Of a stretch of 21,759 bases of DNA, positions 9,223 to 17,498 are shown piece after piece (position 1 is the first letter of the stretch; each line of letters begins with the position of its first letter). The stretch spans positions 1 through 21,759 of the forward strand of contig CAZGJX010000076.1 of the NCBI GenBank assembly GCA_964525635.1, in the 5' to 3' direction. Source of the DNA: an uncultured archaeon. Its GTDB lineage: Archaea > Asgardarchaeota > Lokiarchaeia > Sigyniarchaeales > SOKP01. The position numbers and the translations under genes were made by a program. The notes beneath the pieces are model-generated. The model did no database searches and had not been told where the DNA came from. It worked only from the letters and a program-made list of their open reading frames with translations.

Positions 9223-11358
9223 ATGAGTGAAAATAAATATGAATTTAAAGCAGAAATTAAAAAATTGCTAGATATTCTTAGTAAATCTCTTTATCAACAT
9301 AAAGAAGTATTTTTAAGAGAGTTAATAAGTAATTCGGTTGATGCACTTAAGAAAGTTCATTTTATATCTCTAACAGACAAAGATATTCAAGATTTTAATG
9401 AAGAATTGAAAATTGAAATTATTACTGATTCAATTAACAACACTATTACTGTTAGAGATACAGGAATTGGTATGAATAAAGATGAATTAATTAGCAACTT
9501 AGGAACAATTGCAGGAAGTGGTTCTCAAAAGTTCTTGGAGCAATTAAATCAATCTCAACAAATAGATTCAAAAAAGCTTGATTTGGATGTTATTGGTCAA
9601 TTTGGAATTGGATTCTATTCGATTTTCATGGTTGCAGGTAAAGTAAATGTTATTTCTAGATCCTATAAAAAAGAAGAAGAAGCTTATCAATGGGAATCTG
9701 ATGGAACAGGAGAATTCACAATAACTAAAAATGATAAACAAAAACGTGGAACAGATGTGATATTATATATAAATGATGAGGATAAAGAATACTTGGATAA
9801 GTTTAAAGTTGAATCTATAATTAAGAAATATTCAAATTATGTATCCTTTCCAATTTATGTTTCTGAAATAAAAAAAGAAGAGAAAAAGGAAGAGAAAAAG
9901 GAAAAGAAAAAGGAAGAGAAAAAGGAAGAGAAAAAGGAAAAGAAAAAGGAAGAGAAAAAGGAAGAGAAAAAGGATGAAAAAGAAGCAGAAGAAGAGATAG
10001 AACCTAAACCTGTGAATGAATTAAATCCTTTATGGAAACGAGATAAAAATGAGATAAAGGATGATGATTATAAAAATTTCTATCATTTTATTTCTAATAG
10101 ATATGATGAATATACTCATATGATTAATTATAAAGTTGATGGAAGCGTACAGTTTCACACTATTCTCTTTATACCAGAATCAGATCCTCTCACGTTTTTA
10201 AGACCAGATGATGAATATGGATTATCTCTTTATTCTAAAAGTGTTATGATTATGAAAAATTGTAGTGAACTTATTCCAAAATGGATGAGATTCATTAAAG
10301 GTGTTGTAAATTCAGATGATATACCATTAAATATCAGTAGAGAAACGATACAAACAAATCGAGTAATGATGAAGATTGAAAAATTGTTGATTAAAAGAAT
10401 CCTTCGAGAGTTTGAAGAAATTGGAGAAAAGGACCTTGATAAATTTAAGAAGATATGGAGCAATTTTGGTATATATTTTAAGGAGGGAATGATTTCAGAT
10501 CCCTTTAGAGCAGATAAGCTCTTGAATTATCTTAGATTTAAAACCTCTAAAACCACTGATGATGAATATAGAAGCTTGGAAGATTATATAAAAGATTTTC
10601 AAGAGGATCAAAATGAGATCTACTATCTAGTAGGAGAAAATATTAGTACGATGAGACAATCTCCACACTTAGGTTATTATAAGGAAAATAACTTAGAAGT
10701 TATTTTATTTGATGAACCAATTGATAATTTTTTAATGATGAATATCCATGAGTATAAAAAATCTGTTGGAGAAGGCGATTCTGCCGAAATAATAACTCAT
10801 AAATTTTCACCTGTAGATGTAACTGAGCCTGTTAAAGATAAGGAGAAAGACAAAGAAGATGAAAAAGAAAAAAAAGAAAAATCAGATATAAAAATTCCTG
10901 AGAATATTAAAAAATTTTTGGAACATGTAAAGTCAATATTAGGAGAAAAAATATTAGATACAAAAATCTCTGATAGGCTTTATGATAATCCTTGTCGACT
11001 GGCTAATCCTACAGGAGGAATGACTTCAAGTATGCAAAGAGCTATGAGATATTGGACGAAGACGGAGTCAGGAAAAGAATTTCAAGCACCCCGTAAAATA
11101 TTAGAATTTAATCAAGACCATCCATTAATTAATGGACTTATAGAACTTTTTACCTCAAATCCTGAAGATAGTAAAATAAAACCAGTTATTAACCAATTGT
11201 TTGAAAATTGTCTCTTAGCAGAAGGAGATCTCCCCAATCCATCATTAATGGTACCTCGAATTAATCAATTAATTGAGATGTTGATTACTGATAAAATAGA
11301 ATTTAGTGAATCAAAAGATAATTCAGATGATACTAAAAAAGAGATTAAAGAGAGTTAG
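9223..11358 (+). CDS. htpG: Molecular chaperone HtpG (Hsp90)
   Basis: GHKL motifs FLRELISNSVDA, DTGIGM, NLGTIAGSG, IGQFGIGFYS, and middle-domain DIPLNISRETIQ. Confidence 0.97.
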   Translation: MSENKYEFKAEIKKLLDILSKSLYQHKEVFLRELISNSVDALKKVHFISLTDKDIQDFNEELKIEIITDSINNTITVRDTGIGMNKDELISNLGTIAGSGSQKFLEQLNQSQQIDSKKLDLDVIGQFGIGFYSIFMVAGKVNVISRSYKKEEEAYQWESDGTGEFTITKNDKQKRGTDVILYINDEDKEYLDKFKVESIIKKYSNYVSFPIYVSEIKKEEKKEEKKEKKKEEKKEEKKEKKKEEKKEEKKDEKEAEEEIEPKPVNELNPLWKRDKNEIKDDDYKNFYHFISNRYDEYTHMINYKVDGSVQFHTILFIPESDPLTFLRPDDEYGLSLYSKSVMIMKNCSELIPKWMRFIKGVVNSDDIPLNISRETIQTNRVMMKIEKLLIKRILREFEEIGEKDLDKFKKIWSNFGIYFKEGMISDPFRADKLLNYLRFKTSKTTDDEYRSLEDYIKDFQEDQNEIYYLVGENISTMRQSPHLGYYKENNLEVILFDEPIDNFLMMNIHEYKKSVGEGDSAEIITHKFSPVDVTEPVKDKEKDKEDEKEKKEKSDIKIPENIKKFLEHVKSILGEKILDTKISDRLYDNPCRLANPTGGMTSSMQRAMRYWTKTESGKEFQAPRKILEFNQDHPLINGLIELFTSNPEDSKIKPVINQLFENCLLAEGDLPNPSLMVPRINQLIEMLITDKIEFSESKDNSDDTKKEIKES
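9877..9972 (+). repeat. In-frame tandem repeat of 8 x 12 bp (GAAGAGAAAAAG / GAAAAGAAAAAG) within htpG
   Basis: Unit order A-A-B-A-A-B-A-A (36-bp higher-order period), purine-only on the + strand, encoding EEKK/EKKK. Confidence 0.95.
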
Positions 11359-11542
11359 ATCTAATTAATTATTTATATTTTTTTTAATATTTTTTTCAAG
11401 CATATAATATATTAATAGAAAATGTGATTTAGTTTTCTGAATTTATCATCATTACTAATCTTCATTATATTAGTGAATATAAAATAAAGGATTTTAAATT
11501 AAAAAAAATTAAAGTATAATGCTTCACAACTGTCATACTTCT

Positions 11543-12718
11543 TTAAAAACTAATTCCAGCCTGAGCGGACATTAACAGAAGTTCCGTCATTGTACCATTA
11601 TAATCATTTTCTATTTTGAAATAATTGTTTTTTCGAGTAAAAGGAATACTATAAATAAATTTATGGTTTTCAGTAGCAAATGGAACTTTTTCAACAAATT
11701 CCTTCATTAAAGGATGAAATTCAACTGGAATATTCTCTTTGGTCGGACATACCATACCGAAACATATACGTTCTATTACTTCAGATTCCCAGTTAAAAGT
11801 AAAATATATAGTCCTAGCGTCACAACATTTTTCTAATACTTCAGATGAATTTATTTCAAAGTTTAAATTTTCGAGGATATTTTTGTACAATTCTAGGCTT
11901 GATGTTTTTGGTTCTTTAACCATAAAGTAGATGTTCATAGATTTATGTAAAAAGTCTAATGCGATTAGAGAAAATTTGGTTAATCCAAATTTCTTAAAAA
12001 ATTTTGTATAATTTACAATACTCTTAGGTATATTTGACATAGAATATAAATTTTTGATTGATGTTGGAGCGATTAGAGACCATATTTTAGCTAATCCTTT
12101 TCTTACATCTAAATCTACCCCATAGCCTAGCACATTAAATTTCTCTTTGATTTCGGATAACATTTTATGCAAAGGGTGCCCGTTTAGATTGATTAAATCA
12201 TTATTTATTGCAATGACATAAGGATCTGGATTATGTGGGTTCATAAGTTCCACATATCGTACAGAAATATCTCTTAAATCTTTATGAAGGGTGGTTGTTC
12301 TAATCGAGAGCGATGAACCTGTGAAAAAAGTTTTGTAAGCGTTAATTACCTTCCAAATTTTTTTCTCATTACATTTTACTCCTGTGAAATTACTGATTTT
12401 TTTAAGATCTGAGACTAAGATATCCAAGTCTATATTGTGTTGGAAGCCCCCTTTGACCAATACTAAGTATTTCTCATAATCTACACCCAATTTTTTCAAA
12501 TCATCTATCATAGTCGGTTGAAACGCAGGCGGAGTGACTTCAAGCAGAGCAACAATTAAGTCAACTTCTTTAATTTGTATTCCCCCCCTTTCAGTACATC
12601 TTTTAATTGTTTTATCATAAAGCGCACTTGATATAATTGGTCTAACAGATTCAGGCATATTTAGAACTACATTATTGTATAAACTTTCAACTTCTGGGTT
12701 CCATTCCAATTTTATCAT
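11543..12718 (-). CDS. ABBA-type aromatic prenyltransferase (NphB/CloQ-like) with N-terminal DUF2621/PCP_red-like module, copy 2
   Basis: SIRTTT, DPY..A, GHP, YGVDLDV..GLAKIW, LDF..KS.NIYF, IYFTFNWES..IERICF and YFKIENDY match PT-barrel motifs of the NphB/CloQ family. Start overlaps the upstream stop (ATGA). Confidence 0.82.
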   Translation of the reverse strand: MIKLEWNPEVESLYNNVVLNMPESVRPIISSALYDKTIKRCTERGGIQIKEVDLIVALLEVTPPAFQPTMIDDLKKLGVDYEKYLVLVKGGFQHNIDLDILVSDLKKISNFTGVKCNEKKIWKVINAYKTFFTGSSLSIRTTTLHKDLRDISVRYVELMNPHNPDPYVIAINNDLINLNGHPLHKMLSEIKEKFNVLGYGVDLDVRKGLAKIWSLIAPTSIKNLYSMSNIPKSIVNYTKFFKKFGLTKFSLIALDFLHKSMNIYFMVKEPKTSSLELYKNILENLNFEINSSEVLEKCCDARTIYFTFNWESEVIERICFGMVCPTKENIPVEFHPLMKEFVEKVPFATENHKFIYSIPFTRKNNYFKIENDYNGTMTELLLMSAQAGISF

Positions 12719-14115
12719 CTCTTTTTATAATTTATTATTTTTCCATCTACATGTTTATGGTCGTTTTCATACCAACAGTATGGAAATGAACCTAAGATAT
12801 CACCTGTAAGTGCTTCAGTAAGAACTCTACAACCTCCACCACATAATTCAAGATGAGAACAATCTGCACATTTCCCGTGACGCTTTCGATCTCGGATGTC
12901 TTTATAGATCTGGGAATTTAATACATCTATAAAATCGTCAGTTAAAGCATTTCCGAGGGTCGTTGCTGTAGGATACCCGGTGGGATATATAGTCCCATCT
13001 ACTTCAATACCCATCATTGCTTTACAAGCTTGGCACCCAACACCCCAATCAATGGTGGCCAATTCCTCATCATTTTTTGGTACTTCCATAAAAGGTGTCA
13101 TTTCATAAATCTCAAACACAGGAATATTGCCCGCTTTTCCATTTCTGATCGCATTAATAGCTCGATTGTACTTGAATTCGTATAATCTCTTATACTGTTC
13201 CATATTAAGGCCAATTTCAGACCAGTATTCATCCGCTCGGCTACCCTTTTGTTTAACTACAGGTCTTAGAAAAGGAGCAGCACCCCATTTTTCTGCTAAA
13301 GCTTTCATTTCTTCTAATTCATCAATATTTTGTCTCATAATAGTCATGGAAGCACATACAAATAAGCCATACTTATGACAGGTTTTTATTGCTTTTTCCG
13401 CATAGGATAATGAATTTGGAAATCCACGTATTTTATCGTTCTTTTTTGGATCAGCACTATCAAAACTAACAAATACATGACTCATCTCGTAATCTTTGCA
13501 CATTTTCGCAAATTCTTCTGTAAATTTAACTCCATTGGTTATTATCGCATGATTATAATCTTTTTCGCAACAATATTTCATAATTTCTCCAATATCTTTA
13601 CGTAGAGTAGGCTCCCCTCCAAACCATATATAAGTTCCATGTCTCCCCTGCTTTTGTAGACTTGTTTCAAGATTTTCAATAATTTGGCACCATTTCTTTA
13701 CTGAAAGTTCGTCTCGAGGTTTGCGATCTGTTGCACAATGAATACAGTTCATATTGCATTTATCGGTAAGATACATAGCGAAATGTATCACACCAGGACG
13801 GAAGCCCTCAGCAAACTTTTCCCAAGAAACATTTAATCGGTCTCGATATTTTTTAATATTGATATATCGTTCCATATCCACTCCAAGAGATTCTAACTCC
13901 TCGACGATTTTCGATTTAAATGCTTCAGGAACAACATCAAAAGTCCCTAATATAAAATCCGATAAATTCACAATCGAACTTTGTCGGTCAATGCATCGTT
14001 TTTCAACTGCTTTAATTGTTGTTGGTTTTATTATTGAATGAAGGTTTTCTGGGAATTTTTCTAAAAGTTTTTGAAAGGTGTCTTCCGCTTCTTGATTCCA
14101 TTCTTTTTTTCTCAT
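12715..14115 (-). CDS. Radical SAM/SPASM protein with N-terminal DUF2621/PCP_red-like module, copy 2
   Basis: CNMNCIHC (CxxxCxxC), FGGEPTLR, ITNG, VSFDS; SPASM GCQAC...CADC...CGGGCR...PYC. Confidence 0.92.
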   Translation of the reverse strand: MRKKEWNQEAEDTFQKLLEKFPENLHSIIKPTTIKAVEKRCIDRQSSIVNLSDFILGTFDVVPEAFKSKIVEELESLGVDMERYINIKKYRDRLNVSWEKFAEGFRPGVIHFAMYLTDKCNMNCIHCATDRKPRDELSVKKWCQIIENLETSLQKQGRHGTYIWFGGEPTLRKDIGEIMKYCCEKDYNHAIITNGVKFTEEFAKMCKDYEMSHVFVSFDSADPKKNDKIRGFPNSLSYAEKAIKTCHKYGLFVCASMTIMRQNIDELEEMKALAEKWGAAPFLRPVVKQKGSRADEYWSEIGLNMEQYKRLYEFKYNRAINAIRNGKAGNIPVFEIYEMTPFMEVPKNDEELATIDWGVGCQACKAMMGIEVDGTIYPTGYPTATTLGNALTDDFIDVLNSQIYKDIRDRKRHGKCADCSHLELCGGGCRVLTEALTGDILGSFPYCWYENDHKHVDGKIINYKKR

Positions 14116-14187
14116 TTTATTTCTAACTCATTTTTTTTACTTTATTGTTTATTTTTTTACCTTTTTAGGTCGAAAGTATTTCTTCCG

Positions 14188-14227
14188 TCTTGCCCTTATT
14201 CTTGCGTGAAGGACAGGAAAGACAAGA
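14188..14227 (-). other. Putative intergenic stem-loop in the operon transcript
   Basis: On the transcribed strand UCCUGUCCUU (or the adjacent UCUUGUCUUU) pairs with AAGGGCAAGA around a loop containing C-GCAA-G. GC-richer patch in an AT-rich spacer. Confidence 0.4.
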
Positions 14228-14254
14228 AAAAAATTTTAATATTTGTAGATTTTT

Positions 14255-16261
14255 TTAATTTCCCATTGCATTTTTGTGAGCTTTTGCATATAGTGTGATT
14301 AGGGGTATACACTCCATCAGTTTTTCTGTATCTCCCTCCACAGCATATTTTCCACTCATAGTTGCTTTAATTGGATCCTCTTCTCCTAATAATATCTTTT
14401 GAATTGTGTCAAAATCTGTTTTATGAATCATCTTTGGAGCGTCCAAATCTGAACATTTACCCATCCCCCATTCTATTTTGGAATCAATAAAAGCTTGCCA
14501 GAAACTCATCTTTGAATTGTTTGTAACTTGATATTCAATTACTAAAGGAGCAATAGAAGTAATCAATGTTTGTAATTCCGATAGATCACTAAGTGAATTC
14601 ATAAATTGAGAGATGTAATCTTTCCAATCACCTTCATCTTTCAGATCTACTGAATCTTGAGTAGTGCTATTAGCAGTCTCTTCCAATATTTCTGAACTAT
14701 AAGGTTGTGCTTTTATAGTCTCAACTTCATCTTCACTCAAAAATTTTTTCAAATCAATTTCATTCTCAATCATTAGATCAAGTAAGTCATGTTGAAATTG
14801 TGGTGGCACTAATTTAATTAGAATCGCAATGACAAGATCCTTCGTTACTTCATCCATCTTTTTTCGCTCAGCAGTTCTTTCTGAGATATTTCTAATAGCT
14901 TTAGAAGCAGATTTTTGCATATTTTCAGGAATTAGTTCTAATGTCTCTTCAAAAAATTTTAGGGCTTCGGGTGTCCATGAAATTCCATAGATAGTCCCCT
15001 CTTTTGTGTCTTCTATTGGGCTGGTGATTGTTCTTTCATCTTTCGGTAAAAATTGTTGACCTGCGTTAAAATAATTATACAAATAAGCAGAATATTTTTT
15101 ATATGTTTCCGTTTTCTCTTTAGAAGGTAAGAAATAGGCCTTATTTACCCATTCATAGCAATACTTACATTTAACACCGCAATTTTCTATACATCTTGAA
15201 CCTTGAAATGGAAGATTTTCAATAAAACCATCCAATTTATCACATCTTAATTGTGCATCAAAATCCGGAATCCCAATTTGTAAATCATCATCACTTTGAT
15301 AACCTCCTATTTCTTCTTGAAGGGATGTATATTCAGGAAATTGACTTCCAGCTAGTTCCAAGGGATTTGTTTGAAAATTATATCCATTTAACATATTCCC
15401 AAGATTAGAATCATAGAATCTTTTTGCATATGCTTTTAAAGCATGAATTATCCAAGGTGTATGATATCTCCTTCCAGATATTTTATAATAGTTAATTCCT
15501 GTTTTTAGATAATAATCGATATCAGAAGGTTGAATCCATTTCGCCATCATAATCTGCTCTGGATTGAACGCTTTGGCACTTTGACATGCAATAACTGACC
15601 AATCATTATAGTATCCTTTTAATACATGATGCTCTTGACTTGCATGTGAAGTTTCAGAATAATGGAAAAATCTAAAAGGACACTCATTTACACAAGCATC
15701 ATTAAGGAGGATTTCCAAATCACAATCTAGTTCCTCTCTGAATTTTTTAAGCAATGGAAAATTTCGATTAACCATTACTGACAAGTTTATTATTCCTTCT
15801 TTCCCAATAATTTCTTGCCAATCATAACCCATAGTAAGTGTAGTTACTTCAGCAATTAAGGAAACTTTTACCTTGATATTAGGATGATAATACCGTACAA
15901 ATCTCGCTAAATAAGGATCTACAATCGTGATATATTCAACGCCCAGATCATCTAACCAATCCAATTCTTTAAGAGCTTTGTCTTGCGCTTTTGAATTAAA
16001 CTTGCTGAAGCCAAGACACTTTCCATTCCATAGCCATGTAAATCCCACACCTATATCATGGACTCTATTAATATAATCTTCCATCTCAGAGTAATCTTTT
16101 CTTGGCATTAAGAAAAAGGGACGCCCAGAGCCTGTAAAGCCAAGATCTCTTGTACCATAAAAATCATTTACAACTTTGAGTAAATCATGATTTTTTTCTA
16201 TCTCATCTAATAAATCTTTCTTCCAATTACATGGAACTGATATACGTAATGAATTAACCAT
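14255..16261 (-). CDS. U32-family Fe-S protein fused to an internal DUF2621/PCP_red-like module and a C-terminal SCP2 domain
   Basis: U32-like core (FYG...GSGR, LDWLDDLGV..ITIVDPYL, NRNF, LLNDACVNECPF..H, YKISGR) and Cys cluster CIENCGVKCKYC. Helical module at aa ~429-507. SCP2-type tail TDFDTIQKILLGEEDPIKATMSGKYAVEGD. Confidence 0.8.
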   Translation of the reverse strand: MVNSLRISVPCNWKKDLLDEIEKNHDLLKVVNDFYGTRDLGFTGSGRPFFLMPRKDYSEMEDYINRVHDIGVGFTWLWNGKCLGFSKFNSKAQDKALKELDWLDDLGVEYITIVDPYLARFVRYYHPNIKVKVSLIAEVTTLTMGYDWQEIIGKEGIINLSVMVNRNFPLLKKFREELDCDLEILLNDACVNECPFRFFHYSETSHASQEHHVLKGYYNDWSVIACQSAKAFNPEQIMMAKWIQPSDIDYYLKTGINYYKISGRRYHTPWIIHALKAYAKRFYDSNLGNMLNGYNFQTNPLELAGSQFPEYTSLQEEIGGYQSDDDLQIGIPDFDAQLRCDKLDGFIENLPFQGSRCIENCGVKCKYCYEWVNKAYFLPSKEKTETYKKYSAYLYNYFNAGQQFLPKDERTITSPIEDTKEGTIYGISWTPEALKFFEETLELIPENMQKSASKAIRNISERTAERKKMDEVTKDLVIAILIKLVPPQFQHDLLDLMIENEIDLKKFLSEDEVETIKAQPYSSEILEETANSTTQDSVDLKDEGDWKDYISQFMNSLSDLSELQTLITSIAPLVIEYQVTNNSKMSFWQAFIDSKIEWGMGKCSDLDAPKMIHKTDFDTIQKILLGEEDPIKATMSGKYAVEGDTEKLMECIPLITLYAKAHKNAMGN

Positions 16262-17405
16262 TTATTGCACCTCGTTCAATTTTTTGTAATTTTTTTTCTA
16301 TTACCGATAGTACTTCCTTTTTCACTGATACATTCGCTTCATTACATTTTTTTATATAATCCTTGCAAAATTCATTCATTTCATCCTCCTCTGGATAAAA
16401 ATGTTCATAAGGAAAATTTTCAACAAATTCCTTAATTACATAATCTGGAAGTGAAATCATTGACTCTTCGATTGTCTTTTCTAAGCCATAATTTCCATAT
16501 GGATTTGGTATATTAAGGAATTTACAGAAATCACCTTCAAACGATTTGTTCATATAAGAATTAAGAATATCTAATGTCTTTTCTTTAGAAAACCCATATG
16601 TAAAAAGTAGAAAAGTATCATATCCCATATTCTCATATTTTTCAATGTTAAATGGAGATATCCATCCTGCTTTTAGAATCCGTTCTGGTTCTTCTAAACG
16701 CTTTTTCCAACATTCTAATAAAGGAAAATCAAATGCATTTTCAACATCAGATATCTCAATCTGATTAGAAGATACAGGAGAATCCATAGTTCTATGACTT
16801 TGCATATTATGGTGATCAAACCAATAAATGCATCCCCAATTACATCCCAAATTAAGGGGCAATATGTAGCTTGTATCGCTAATTTTTTGATTTTCTTCTT
16901 GAATTTTTGTGAGATTATTCATTACATAGGAATATCTTAAGATATCCGGGTGTAAGATAATCGATTGAGATCCAATGTTGAAATAGAGTTTAGCACGATT
17001 TGTTGATGTTACAAATTGGGCATAGGATAAGAAAATGTTTAATGACGGATAATTTTTCTTTATAAATGCTAAGATATTAGGCGAAGAAACTAGTACATTT
17101 TCAAAGCCTAATTCAATCATATCCTCAAGAAATTTTCGATATGCCCTAAAATGATCAACATAAGATTCTAGATTTCCTTGGCATGAAGAATCAATGCCAA
17201 AAATAGGAGTTAATCCCTTATCTTGCACAAATTTAGTATAGTTCTCAAATTCTTCACGATCTGGTAACTTTTCCGGCAAAAAAATTGACCCATTTCCTAT
17301 GGGATTATGTGGCGTATGTAATATAATGTGCGTCACAGGAAGTTCCTTTTTTGTAATAGCGGAAATTAATTCCCTATTATAATCTCCTTCAATTATAAAT
17401 TTCAT
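16254..17405 (-). CDS. Divergent U32-family protein
   Basis: Colinear with the neighbouring U32 core (IGNGS, VLVSSPNIL, LNLGCNWGC-x5-H-x5-H, AGWISP) but lacks KISGR. Stop overlaps the next start by 8 bp. Confidence 0.72.
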   Translation of the reverse strand: MKFIIEGDYNRELISAITKKELPVTHIILHTPHNPIGNGSIFLPEKLPDREEFENYTKFVQDKGLTPIFGIDSSCQGNLESYVDHFRAYRKFLEDMIELGFENVLVSSPNILAFIKKNYPSLNIFLSYAQFVTSTNRAKLYFNIGSQSIILHPDILRYSYVMNNLTKIQEENQKISDTSYILPLNLGCNWGCIYWFDHHNMQSHRTMDSPVSSNQIEISDVENAFDFPLLECWKKRLEEPERILKAGWISPFNIEKYENMGYDTFLLFTYGFSKEKTLDILNSYMNKSFEGDFCKFLNIPNPYGNYGLEKTIEESMISLPDYVIKEFVENFPYEHFYPEEDEMNEFCKDYIKKCNEANVSVKKEVLSVIEKKLQKIERGAING

Positions 17406-17498
17406 TATTTAAATCATCTTTGTGGTTTTTTTTTTTCAATTATTTAAACACCTCATTTTTTTTTTATTTTTTAGTTAATTTTTAAAAAAAAGTTCATT

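Noticed and set aside
9877-9972. CRISPR array or non-coding satellite
   Set aside because: No spacers; 12-bp in-frame units inside htpG.
10230-10463. 77-aa - strand ORF
   Set aside because: Antisense to htpG, no motif.
14170-14232. SECIS element
   Set aside because: No AUGA/GA core and no in-frame UGA in the neighbouring genes.
14255-17405. Naming the genes ubiU/ubiV/ubiT
   Set aside because: Cys spacing and domain layout differ from UbiU/UbiV and no other ubi genes are present; analogy only.
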